Positions 1 to 9,632 of a stretch of DNA of 64,000 bases are shown here, piece after piece. Origin of the DNA: an uncultured delta proteobacterium (GTDB taxonomy: Bacteria; Desulfobacterota; Binatia; JACPRU01); the NCBI GenBank assembly GCA_963790365.1, contig CAWBOU010000047.1, positions 71,429 to 135,428 of the forward strand. The letters are read 5' to 3'. Position 1 is the first letter of the stretch. Each line of letters starts with the position of its first letter. Below the pieces are notes generated by a model. The model was not told the origin of the DNA, did no database searches, and saw nothing but the letters and a program-made list of their open reading frames with translations. Position numbers and translations under genes: made by a program.

Positions 1-890
1 CCGCGCGCGTACCAGCGGAGGTGCTTCCGCGCGAGGATCGGCGCGATCGTCTTCCCAGCGTAGACGACCTCGTGCGCCGCGAGATGCGCCTCGACGACCT
101 CGCTCCACTCCGCGAGCGTGACGGGCACGCGCCGGCCGGCGAGGAGATCGCGGAAGATCCACGGATTGCCGAGCGCGCCGCGGCTCACCATCACCGCGTC
201 GGCGCCGCTCTCGGCGAGCATGCGCGTCGCGCTCTCGGGATCGAAGACGTCGCCGTTCCCGACCGTGACGATCGGGCGCGTCGCCGCCGCGCGCGCGGCA
301 TCCAGACCGGCGCGGATCGCGCCGCGGTCGGCCGGCGTGCCGTAGTCGTCGGAGCGCGCGCGGCCGTGGATCGTCACCATGTCGGCGCCCGCGGCGGCGA
401 TCCGTGCGGCGACGTCCGCGACGTTCACGCGCTCGCGCGTGAAGCCGATGCGGATCTTCGCGGAGATCGGAAGAGAGGTCGTCCGGCGCGCGAGCTCCAT
501 CGTCCCGGTTACCCGCTCCGGGTCGCACAGGAACGCGCTCCCCCACCCCGCGTTCACGATCTTCCGGACCGGGCAGCCCATGTTCACGTCGATCGCGTCG
601 AAGCCCATCGCGTCGAGCATCGCGATCGCGGCGGAAACCTGCTCGGGCGTGTTGCCCGTGAGCTGGACGCCGAGCCGCGGCTCGTCCGGGTGGCGCGCCA
701 TCATTTCGAGCGTTCGCGGGCTTTTCCGGAGGATCGCCTCGGCGGAGAGCATCTCGACGAACGTGAGCCCCGCCCCGAATTGCTGGCACAGGCGCCGGAA
801 CGGCACGTCGCTCACGGCCGCGAGCGGCGCGAGGAAGGCGCGGTTCGGCAGCTCGAGCGAGCCGAGCCGGATCGGGCGGTTCAAGTCCAC
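1..890 (-). CDS. dus: tRNA-dihydrouridine synthase (Dus family); 3' end runs off the left edge
   Basis: Own minus-strand translation from GTG at 890: [88 protein letters not shown], the Dus TIM-barrel pattern. Absent from the ORF track because it has no stop inside the window. Confidence 0.85.
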   Translation of the reverse strand, partial: MDLNRPIRLGSLELPNRAFLAPLAAVSDVPFRRLCQQFGAGLTFVEMLSAEAILRKSPRTLEMMARHPDEPRLGVQLTGNTPEQVSAAIAMLDAMGFDAIDVNMGCPVRKIVNAGWGSAFLCDPERVTGTMELARRTTSLPISAKIRIGFTRERVNVADVAARIAAAGADMVTIHGRARSDDYGTPADRGAIRAGLDAARAAATRPIVTVGNGDVFDPESATRMLAESGADAVMVSRGALGNPWIFRDLLAGRRVPVTLAEWSEVVEAHLAAHEVVYAGKTIAPILARKHLRWYAR

Positions 891-895
891 GAACC

Positions 896-1146
896 TTGGA
901 CGTTGCCATGCCCCGGGGTTTTTCGGAAGAAAGGGTTGTGGCACCCCGAACCGTCAGCTTTCCCGAGATCGAGCGCATCCTCGAGGTGACCGACCGCCTC
1001 GGGCTCGACCGCGAGCGGGTGCGCGTGCCGCTGCGCGCCGAGCCGGGCGGGAGAATCACGCGCAATCGCGGCGGAATCGAGATCGTCGTCGACGCCGACC
1101 GGCCGTTCGACGACTGGCTTGCCGGCCTCGAAGGGAGCCTCTCGTC

Positions 1147-1150
<4 letters not shown>
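896..1150 (+). CDS. hypothetical small protein (start uncertain: TTG 896, ATG 908 or GTG 938)
   Basis: ORF-track ORF with GC3-rich codons. Its stop overlaps the GTG start of ltaE (GTGA at 1147-1150). No family recognised. Confidence 0.45.
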
Positions 1151-2178
<1,028 letters not shown>

Positions 2179-2210
2179 GAACGGCGGAGGATCCTGCCGA
2201 TGCCACGAAG

Positions 2211-2273
2211 GACTTACGAAGTATTTTTCCAGTGCTTGCCGAAGACTGTCTTGAGAAAAATACTTCGTAAGTC
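2211..2273. promoter_or_regulatory. AT-rich 18-bp perfect inverted repeat spanning the lipoprotein start codon
   Basis: Arms GACTTACGAAGTATTTTT (2211-2228) and AAAAATACTTCGTAAGTC (2256-2273) with a 27-nt spacer. TTG 2251 lies at the end of the loop. Confidence 0.6.
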
Positions 2274-2592
2274 TTTTCTCGCTCTTTTCCTCGCGCTTCC
2301 GCTGAGCGCGTGCATGCGTTCCGATCCGCGCGTCAGCGCGGCCGAAGACTTCCGGCAGACGGCATTCGGTCTCATCCGCGAGGACGAAGATCGTGCCGCG
2401 AAGCTCGCCGGGCTCCGGATCGGGATGACCGATAGCGAGGTGCTGAACGCCGCCGGCACCCCGACGAGCCGCGAGGGCCGCACCGCCAGCGACGACGTCC
2501 GCGTCGAAACGTGGACGTACGGGGGCCAGCTGAAGACGCTCGGCACCTTGACCTTCGAGGATCAAAAGCTGGTACAGGTGAAAGTCTACTGA
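2251..2592 (+). CDS. small lipoprotein (SmpA/OmlA-BamE-like size and shape)
   Basis: From TTG 2251 the product starts (M)RKILRKSFLALFLALPLSAC, a signal peptide plus lipobox. The ORF-track ATG at 2200 is an alternative start. Confidence 0.7.
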   Translation: MRKILRKSFLALFLALPLSACMRSDPRVSAAEDFRQTAFGLIREDEDRAAKLAGLRIGMTDSEVLNAAGTPTSREGRTASDDVRVETWTYGGQLKTLGTLTFEDQKLVQVKVY

Positions 2593-3038
2593 TGCTCCGC
2601 CGCCTCGCCATCGCCGTTGCGCTCGTTTCTTCGATCGCCGTCGGCGCAGGCGCCGCGTTCGAGCCGAGCCTCGAGAAGGCGCTCGACTCGAGCCAATACG
2701 TCTACATCTCGTCGACACGGAAGGACGGCAAGCTCTCCAAGCCGGCGGAGATCTGGTTCCTCTGGCACCGCGGCGCGGTCTACGTGGCCACGCCGAAGAC
2801 CGCGTGGCGCGTGCGGCGGATCGAGGCCGGCCGCCCGCAAGCGAAGATCTGGGTCGGCAAGCCGGACGGGCCGTCGTTCGTCGCGACCGGCGCGCTCGTG
2901 AACTCGCCCGAAGTGAACGCCGTCATGTTCGAGACGTTCGCGAAGAAGTACGCGGATCACTGGAAGTCGTACGAGGAACGATTCCGAACCGGGCTCAAAG
3001 ACGGAAGCCGTGTCCTCGTCCGCTACACGCCGAACTAA
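2592..3038 (+). CDS. secreted hypothetical protein
   Basis: ATG 2592 overlaps the upstream TGA by 1 nt. Begins MLRRLAIAVALVSSIAVGAGA (signal-like), followed by a well-composed 125-aa domain. Family not recognised. Confidence 0.7.
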   Translation: MLRRLAIAVALVSSIAVGAGAAFEPSLEKALDSSQYVYISSTRKDGKLSKPAEIWFLWHRGAVYVATPKTAWRVRRIEAGRPQAKIWVGKPDGPSFVATGALVNSPEVNAVMFETFAKKYADHWKSYEERFRTGLKDGSRVLVRYTPN

Positions 3039-4227
3039 ATTTTCTTGGCGACGGCGTCATGGACGCCAATGGCGGTCGTCGCCGGGGACCGCTCGAGGCG
3101 GCCTCGTCGTGGTCGCCCTCGCCCTCGCGCTCGCCAGCTCGGCCCTCGCCGCCGAGCGCATCCGCATCGGCACGAGCGGCGACTATCCCCCCTTCTCCAT
3201 CGGCGAATTCTCCCCCTCCCGCGCTTCGCGCGACCTCCCGACGGGAGGTGGTGCCGGCTTCGACGTCGAGGTCGCGCGCATGTTCGCGGAGAACATCGGG
3301 GCCGAGATCGAGTGGCTGCGCTTCACCTGGCCCGAGCTCGCCGACCGCATGCGCGCCGGCCACTTCGACGTCGTGATGAGCGGCGTCACCTGGCGACCGG
3401 AGCGCGACGCGATCGGCTGGATGACCCGGGCGGTGGCGGTCGGCGGGCCGTGCATCGTCGGCGCGGCGGCGCCGACGCGTGTCGCGGTCAATCGCGGCGG
3501 CGTGCTCGAGCGCTGGGCGCGCGACCGGTTCGACGAGCGGTTGCTGCTGTTGATCGACGACAACCGCTCGCTGCCGGCGCGTCTCCGCATCGGCGAGGTC
3601 GACGCCGTCGTCACCGACAGCTTCGAGAAGAGCGCGTTTCCGGCTTCGGTGCCCGCGCGCTGCGAGCCGCCGCGCGACCGCAAGGTCTACTGGGTGAGCC
3701 AGTCGCGCGCGGATTTTCTCGGCCCCCGGCTCGATCGCTGGCTCGCCGCGAACGAGCGACGCATCGACGCGCTCCGCGCGCGCTGGCTCGGTGCGCCGGC
3801 GCCGCGCGACGACGTCGACGACCTCGTCGATCTCGTCGGCCGCCGGCTCGCCCTGATGCCCGCGGTCGCTGCGGCAAAGCGGACACGCGGTCTGCCGACC
3901 GAGGATGCGGCGCAGGAGGCGCGCGTGCTCGAACGGATCGGCGGAGCCGCACCGGAGGCCGTGCCGTTCTTCGCGACGCAGATCGCGCTCGCCAAGCGCG
4001 TCCAGGATCGATCGACCGAAGAGACGGCCACGCTCGACCTCGAGCGCGACCTCCGCCCGGCGATCGAGAGGCTCGACGGCCGGATCCTCGCTGCCCTCGC
4101 GCGCGTGCGCGGCGTGCCGATCGCGCGCGAGCGCCTCGCGCTGCTCGCCGGCGTCCTCACCGCGGACGAGATCGAAGGGCTCCACCGCGCCCTCGCGATG
4201 CGAGCCGGGGCGAGTCATGGCGGCTGA
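3010..4227 (+). CDS. fusion of a periplasmic family-3 solute-binding / cyclohexadienyl-dehydratase(PheC)-like domain with an AroQ-type chorismate mutase domain
   Basis: Signal-like LVVVALALALASSALAA, then ERIRIGTSGDYPPFS..FDVEVARMFAE..HFDVVMSGVT (SBP_bac_3/PheC pattern). C-terminal DLVDLVGRRLALMPAVAAAKRTRGLPTEDAAQEARVLERI..FFATQIALAKRVQ (CM_2 pattern). The start at ATG 3010 is uncertain. Confidence 0.8.
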   Translation: MSSSATRRTKFSWRRRHGRQWRSSPGTARGGLVVVALALALASSALAAERIRIGTSGDYPPFSIGEFSPSRASRDLPTGGGAGFDVEVARMFAENIGAEIEWLRFTWPELADRMRAGHFDVVMSGVTWRPERDAIGWMTRAVAVGGPCIVGAAAPTRVAVNRGGVLERWARDRFDERLLLLIDDNRSLPARLRIGEVDAVVTDSFEKSAFPASVPARCEPPRDRKVYWVSQSRADFLGPRLDRWLAANERRIDALRARWLGAPAPRDDVDDLVDLVGRRLALMPAVAAAKRTRGLPTEDAAQEARVLERIGGAAPEAVPFFATQIALAKRVQDRSTEETATLDLERDLRPAIERLDGRILAALARVRGVPIARERLALLAGVLTADEIEGLHRALAMRAGASHGG

Positions 4228-5272
4228 TCGGATCGCGAGCCATCTCCGCACGCAGGCCAGTTGGTGCGCGCGGCTCGGCTCGCCGCTGTATGCGTTCCTC
4301 CTCGAGCGCGCGGCGGTCGACGCCGAAACCGGTGGCGCCGTCGGCGACCTGCTCGTCCCGCACGCCGAGCACGCCGCGCCGAACGCGCTCGGCCTCCGCT
4401 TCATGGGCGCGCTCCATCGGCTCGTGCTCACCGGGCGCGCTCCGGCGCTCGCCCGCCACTATCCTTCGGCCGGCGGCACGGTCGGCGACCTCGAGGCGGC
4501 GTGGACGGACTTTCGCGATACCGTCGCGCGAGAGGTCGACGCGATCCGACCGCTCCTCGAGCGGAACGTGCAGACGAACGAGGTCGGACGCGCCGCCTCG
4601 CTCTTCGGCGGCTTCCTCCGCGCCGCGGAGAGCGGCCTGCCGCTTCGGCTCCTCGAGGTCGGCTCCTCCGCGGGGCTGAACCTCCGCTGGGACCGCTTCC
4701 GCTACGAATGGCGCGGCTGGGCGTTCGGCCCCGCGGATTCGCCGGTTCGCTTCGCCGAGCCGTTCGCGGGCGCCGCGCCGGCGCGGGTGCCCGCGGTCGA
4801 GATCGCCGAGCGGCGCGGCTGCGACGCGAGCCCGATCGACCCGGTGAGCGAGGACGGGCGGCTCACGCTCCTCTCCTACGTCTGGCCGGATCAGGCGGAG
4901 CGTTTTGCGCGGCTCCGCGGCGCCCTCGACGTCGCCGCGTCGATGCCCGCGGCCATCGATCGAGCAGATGCATGCGAGTGGCTCGCGGCGCGGCTCGCGA
5001 CGCCGGCGCCCGGGGTCGCGACGGTCGTGTTCCACTCGATCGTCCTCCAGTATCTCGGCCGCGAGGGCGCGGCGCACCTCCGCCGGATCCTCGAGGAGGC
5101 CGGCGCGCGCGCGACCGCGGAGGCGCCGCTCTTCTGGCTCCGGCTCGAGCCCGAGCAGAGCGACGGAGAATGGATCTACCCGGTCCGGCTGACGAGCTGG
5201 CCCGGCGGCGCGGACCGCAAGCTCGCGATCAGCTCGCCCCACGGCCCGCCCGTCGAGTGGAGCGGTACCTAG
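4217..5272 (+). CDS. DUF2332-family protein
   Basis: ATG 4217 inside ORF 3905..5272. Sequence MAADRIASHLRTQASWCARLGSPLYAFLLERAA..LLEVGSSAGLNLRWDRFRY..VVFHSIVLQYL is typical of DUF2332. Confidence 0.8.
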   Translation: MAADRIASHLRTQASWCARLGSPLYAFLLERAAVDAETGGAVGDLLVPHAEHAAPNALGLRFMGALHRLVLTGRAPALARHYPSAGGTVGDLEAAWTDFRDTVAREVDAIRPLLERNVQTNEVGRAASLFGGFLRAAESGLPLRLLEVGSSAGLNLRWDRFRYEWRGWAFGPADSPVRFAEPFAGAAPARVPAVEIAERRGCDASPIDPVSEDGRLTLLSYVWPDQAERFARLRGALDVAASMPAAIDRADACEWLAARLATPAPGVATVVFHSIVLQYLGREGAAHLRRILEEAGARATAEAPLFWLRLEPEQSDGEWIYPVRLTSWPGGADRKLAISSPHGPPVEWSGT

Positions 5273-5275
5273 CGC

Positions 5276-5425
5276 ATCTCACCTCTCCCCGTTGGGGAGA
5301 GGTCGGCGCGCAGCGCCGGGTGAGGGGGAGGAGACCGGGGGCGTCTCCCCCTCACTCGCGCCTTCGGCGCCGCCCAAGATGCTCCTCGCCGGTTCGGAGC
5401 GGGCGCTCCCCAACGGGGAGAGACG
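5276..5425. repeat. composite REP-like element, family A
   Basis: Hairpins CCTCTCCCCGTTGGGGAGAGG (5282-5302) and CTCCCCAACGGGGAG (5406-5420), plus inverted GGGTGAGGGGGAG / CTCCCCCTCAC (5318-5356). Related copies at 37858 and 57083. Confidence 0.75.
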
Positions 5426-5435
5426 TTGGGAAACT

Positions 5436-6587
5436 CTAAAGCAACTCCGCGATCTTTGCTCGCTGGTAGACGCCGTCCCCGAACAGCTGCTGGTTGTGCA
5501 GCTGGCGCTTGAACCAGATCTGCACGTCGCACTCCCAGGTGAAGCCGATGCCGCCGTGGAGCTGCACGGAGCGGTTCGAGCAGAACGCCGCCGCGTCGGA
5601 CGCGGACGACTTCGCCATGCGCGCGAACAGCTCGGCCTTGTCGGGCTCCGTGTCGATCGCGCACGCGGCGTTCAGCGCCTGTGAGCGCGCGTCGTCGACC
5701 GCGAGCATCATGTTGACGATCGGGTGCTTCACCGCCTGGAAGAAGCCGATCTGGCGGTCGAACTGCTTCCGCACCTTGGCGTACTCGGCGGTCGTCTGGA
5801 GCTGCCACTCCCCCGCCCCGCCCATGTCGGCCGCGATCACCGTGAGGATCGCCGGAAGAGCCTTGTCGAGCGCCTTCGGCGCGTTCGGCGCGGCGGCGAC
5901 GACGTTCGCCTTCGGTACGGTGACGCCGGAGAGCTCGACGGACGCCTGGTCGCGGGTGAGGTCGACGATCCGATCCGGCCGGATCGTCACGCCCGGCGTG
6001 TCCGCCGGCACGACGTACATTCCGACGCCTTCTTTGGACCGCGCCGAGACGACGAAGAACGACACTTTGCGCGCGTCCTGCACGAACGACGCGACGCCGT
6101 CGAGCACCGCGCCGTCGCCCTGCGCCTTCGCCGAGACGTCGGTCTCTTCGAAGTCCCACGAGCCGGCCGCGTTCGTGATCGCGAGCGTCGCGCTCTCGCC
6201 GCCGGCGATCTTTTCGAGCCAGGCATCCGCTTCCTTCGTGTTCGCTTCACGCAGCGCGAACGTGGCGTTCAGCGTCGCGATCAGCGGCGAGGGGGCCGCA
6301 TGACGGCCCATCTCTTCCGCGAGCGCGGCGACCGCGACCATCTTCATGCCCGCGCCGCCCGCGCGCTCCGGCACGGCGAGCGCCGTCCAGCCGAGGCCGA
6401 CCATCTCCTTCCAGAGCTTCTCGTCGTAAGGTGCCGGCGGCACCGGCGACTCGTACGCCTCCTGGTGGCTCGCCGCGACCGTCTTGCGGAGCTTGTCGAC
6501 GGGACAGTTCTCGTCGAGGAAGCGCCGAACCGAATCGCGGAGCATCACCTCGTCCGCGCCGAAACCGAAATCTTTGGGCTGTGCCAT
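5436..6587 (-). CDS. acyl-CoA dehydrogenase family protein
   Basis: ATG 6587 (MAQPKDFGFGADEV..) with GGAG 8 nt upstream. Ends ..QLHGGIGFTWECDVQIWFKR, an ACAD C-terminal pattern. Confidence 0.9.
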   Translation of the reverse strand: MAQPKDFGFGADEVMLRDSVRRFLDENCPVDKLRKTVAASHQEAYESPVPPAPYDEKLWKEMVGLGWTALAVPERAGGAGMKMVAVAALAEEMGRHAAPSPLIATLNATFALREANTKEADAWLEKIAGGESATLAITNAAGSWDFEETDVSAKAQGDGAVLDGVASFVQDARKVSFFVVSARSKEGVGMYVVPADTPGVTIRPDRIVDLTRDQASVELSGVTVPKANVVAAAPNAPKALDKALPAILTVIAADMGGAGEWQLQTTAEYAKVRKQFDRQIGFFQAVKHPIVNMMLAVDDARSQALNAACAIDTEPDKAELFARMAKSSASDAAAFCSNRSVQLHGGIGFTWECDVQIWFKRQLHNQQLFGDGVYQRAKIAELL

Positions 6588-6602
6588 GTTTGATCTCCGT
6601 CT

Positions 6603-6678
6603 AGCGGCGTTTGAGCCGCCGAGCAGCAACGCTTACCTCGAGCGCGGACGAGCGGTCGGCCGGCTCCAAACGCCGCGG
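6603..6678 (-). other. intergenic long-loop hairpin between the two ACAD genes
   Basis: GCGGCGTTTGAGCCG (6604-6618) pairs with CGGCTCCAAACGCCGC (6661-6676), with one bulge. It lies directly after the upstream TAA stop. Confidence 0.35.
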
Positions 6679-6680
6679 CC

Positions 6681-7889
6681 TTACTTCGACTTCGCCATGC
6701 CGAGCACGCGTTCGCCGAGGATGTTTCGCTGAATCTCGTTCGACCCCGCGGCGATCGTCATGCCGAAGGAGTTCATGTAGGCGAGCGGCCATTGTCCGCC
6801 GTCGGGCGCGCTCTCGTCGCCGATGTAGAGGCTCGAGGCGATGCCCTCGATCTCGAGCGCGACCTGCGAGAGATCCTGCGAGAGCTCGGTGATGATGAGC
6901 TTCGACGAAAGCGGGATCCGCATCGGATGGTCCGTCAGCGATTCCACGCGCGTTCGGCGGAACGTCTGGCCGAAACCGTTCGCGCGGACGGCGATCTTCA
7001 CGATGCGGTCGCGAATCGCCCCGTCTTCCCAGGCGCTCTTGCCGTTCCGCTTCGTCCGCTTGGCAAGCTCGATCAAGGCTGTCACGCGATCCTCCAGAGA
7101 AGTGCCGCCGCCCGAGCCCGCGCCTTCCGCGGCGCCGCGCTCGTAGAGGAGCGTCGTCATCGCCACCGTCCAGCCTTTGCCGACTTCGTCGAGGCGGAGC
7201 TTGTCGGAGATCTCGAGATCCTCGAACAGCACCTCGTTGAAGCCGGTCTCGCCGGTCATCTTGATGAGCGGCCGCACGGTCACGCCCTTCGCGTCCTTGA
7301 TCGGCACGATGAAGTACGTGAGGCCGTCGTATTTGTGATCGCGGCTGTGGCGCGCGAGCAGGATCATCCAGCTCGCGAAATGCGCGAGGCTCGTCCACAC
7401 TTTGTGGCCGTTGATGATCCACGTGTCGCCGCGCCGCTCGGCCCACGTCTGCGCGCCCGCGAGGTCGGAGCCGGAGCCCGGCTCGCTGAAACCCTGGCAC
7501 CAGATCTCGTCCGACGAGAGGAGCGACGGCAGGAAGCGGCGCTTGTTCTCCTCCGAGGCGTGATTGAGGATCGTCGGCGCGGCCATGCCGAGGCCGATCA
7601 CGTTGATCATGAACGGCACCTGCGCTCGCGCCATCTCGTTCGAGGCGATGCGCTGGAAGCCCTTGTGGCCGTGCCCGCCGTATTCTTTCGGGTAGTCGGC
7701 GCCGACGAGGCCCGCGCCGTGGCACTTCTTCTGCCAAGCGCAGAGATAGACGCGCTGCTCCTCCGTCATGACCTCGATCGCGTTCTGCGGCATGCGGAAG
7801 GTCGGCGCCGGCGGGCGGTTTTCCTTCAGCCAGCGGCGGCAGTACTCGCGAAACTCGGCTTGCTCGGGCGTGTCTTTCGCTTCGGACAT
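6681..7889 (-). CDS. acyl-CoA dehydrogenase family protein
   Basis: ATG 7889 (MSEAKDTPEQAEFREY..). Contains CQGFSEPGSGSDLAG..WIINGHKVWTS..AAGSNEIQRNILGERVLG, ACAD motifs. Confidence 0.9.
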   Translation of the reverse strand: MSEAKDTPEQAEFREYCRRWLKENRPPAPTFRMPQNAIEVMTEEQRVYLCAWQKKCHGAGLVGADYPKEYGGHGHKGFQRIASNEMARAQVPFMINVIGLGMAAPTILNHASEENKRRFLPSLLSSDEIWCQGFSEPGSGSDLAGAQTWAERRGDTWIINGHKVWTSLAHFASWMILLARHSRDHKYDGLTYFIVPIKDAKGVTVRPLIKMTGETGFNEVLFEDLEISDKLRLDEVGKGWTVAMTTLLYERGAAEGAGSGGGTSLEDRVTALIELAKRTKRNGKSAWEDGAIRDRIVKIAVRANGFGQTFRRTRVESLTDHPMRIPLSSKLIITELSQDLSQVALEIEGIASSLYIGDESAPDGGQWPLAYMNSFGMTIAAGSNEIQRNILGERVLGMAKSK

Positions 7890-8006
7890 CGGGTTCCTCG
7901 TCGCGCTGTTGGGGATCCGGCTAGGTAAGTCGGCGGCCGACCCTGAGTCAACGAGGATTCGGCCGGGATTCTCGCGCCCCCGCCTGTCGTGGTAGACGGG
8001 CCGGTC

Positions 8007-9189
8007 ATGGCCGATCTCTTCCACCCCACCGAGGAGCACCGCGAGCTCCGCCGCACGCTCCGCGAGTTCGTCGAGAACGAGGTCGATCCGCAGGCGATGG
8101 CCTCGGATCGAAGCGAGACGTTCAACCTCTCGCTCTTTCGCCGCCTCGGCGAGCTCGGCGTGCTCGGCATCACGGTCGACGAGAAATACGGCGGCGCCGG
8201 GCATGGACGCCGTCGCCGCGGTGATCGTGCACGAGGAGCTCGCGGCGTCCGATCCCGGCTTCTGCCTCGCCTACCTCGCGCACTCGATGCTCTTCGTGAA
8301 CAACTTCTTCCACAACGCGAGCGACGAGCAGCGCGCGCGCTACCTGCCCGACGCCTGCTCCGGCAAGAAGGTCGGCGGCATGTGCATGTCGGAGCCGGGC
8401 GCCGGCACGGACGTGCTCGGCATGCAGCACGACCGCCGTCCGCAAAGGCGACCATTACGTGCTCAACGGCCGGAAGATGTGGATCACGAACGGCGCGATC
8501 TCGCGATACGGAGCTCGGCGACGTCTTCCTCGTCTACGCGAAGACCGGCGACCGCGGGCCGCGAAGCCTCTCGCTGTTCCTCGTCGAGAAGGGCTTCTCC
8601 GGGTTCCGGCTCGGGCAGAAGATCAAGGACAAGCTCGGCATGCGCGCCTCGACGACCGCCGAGCTCGTGTTCGACGGACTGCGCCGTACCGGTCGCGAAC
8701 CGCATCGGCGAGGAGGGCGCCGCCGTCATGCACATGATGCGGAACCTCGAGCTCGAGCGGCTGACGCTCGCGGCGATGAGCCTCGGGCTCGCGCGGCGGT
8801 GCGTCGAGGTGATGAACCGCTACGCGTCCGAGCGGAAGGCGTTCGGCCAGCCGATCCGCGAGTTCGGCCAAGTCCAGCGCCACATCGCCGACTCGTACGC
8901 GAAGTGGATGGCCGGACGGAGCTACGTCTACCAGGTCGCCGGCAAGCTGGATCTCGGCGCGACCGGCAACCGCGTCGACTCCGACGGCGTGAAGCTCTTC
9001 TGCTCGGCGATGGCGAAGGAAGTCGCCGACTCGGCGATCCAGGTGCTCGGCGGGTACGGCTACGTCGGCGAGTACCAGGTCGAGCGGCTCTGGCGGGACG
9101 CGAAGCTCCTCGAGATCGGCGGCGGCACGATCGAGGCGCACCAGAAGAACATGACTCGCGATCTCGCGTCCGCGACGACGCTCGAATGA
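8007..9189 (+). pseudogene. isovaleryl-CoA dehydrogenase-like gene split over 5 frame segments (4 net +1 shifts), or assembly indels
   Basis: Segments: MADLFHPTEEHRELR..EKYGGAG (frame 0) | MDAVAAVIVHEEL..MSEPGAGTDVLGMQ (frame 1) | TTAVRKGDHYVLNGRKMWITNGAI (frame 2) | DTELGDVFLVYAKTG..ELVFD (frame 0) | DCAVPVANRIGEEG..YQVERLWRDAKLLEIGGGT (frame 1). Confidence 0.8.
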
Positions 9190-9632
9190 CCGAGCTTCGG
9201 CGCGCGACGCCGAGCGACGCCGACGCGGTGCTGGCGATGATGCGCGAGTACTACGCGTTCGATCGCCTCGAGTTCGAAGCAGCGGCGGCACGCGCGGCGC
9301 TGGACGGCTTGCTCGCCGATCCCGAGCGCGGAGAGGCCTGGCTCGCCGAGCACGACGGCGTACCGGTCGGCTACGGCGTCCTCTGCCTCGGCTGGAGCCT
9401 CGAGTTTCACGGGCGCGACGCGTTCGTCGACGAGATCTTCGTGGCGGAGAGCGCGCGCGGCACCGGCATCGGCCGCGAGCTTCTCGCGCGCCTCGAGGAG
9501 CGCTGCCGCGCGCTCGGCGTCCGCGCGCTCCACCTCGAGGTCGATCACGAGAATCGGCGCGCGCTCGAGATGTACCGCCGCGCGGGCTTCGTCGACCACG
9601 ACCGATTGCTGATGACGAAACGGATCGCGTGA
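9186..9632 (+). CDS. GNAT family N-acetyltransferase
   Basis: ATG 9186 overlaps the upstream stop (ATGA). Contains VDEIFVAESARGTGIGRELL..MYRRAGF (acetyl-CoA binding Q/RxxGxG/A pattern). Confidence 0.85.
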   Translation: MTELRRATPSDADAVLAMMREYYAFDRLEFEAAAARAALDGLLADPERGEAWLAEHDGVPVGYGVLCLGWSLEFHGRDAFVDEIFVAESARGTGIGRELLARLEERCRALGVRALHLEVDHENRRALEMYRRAGFVDHDRLLMTKRIA

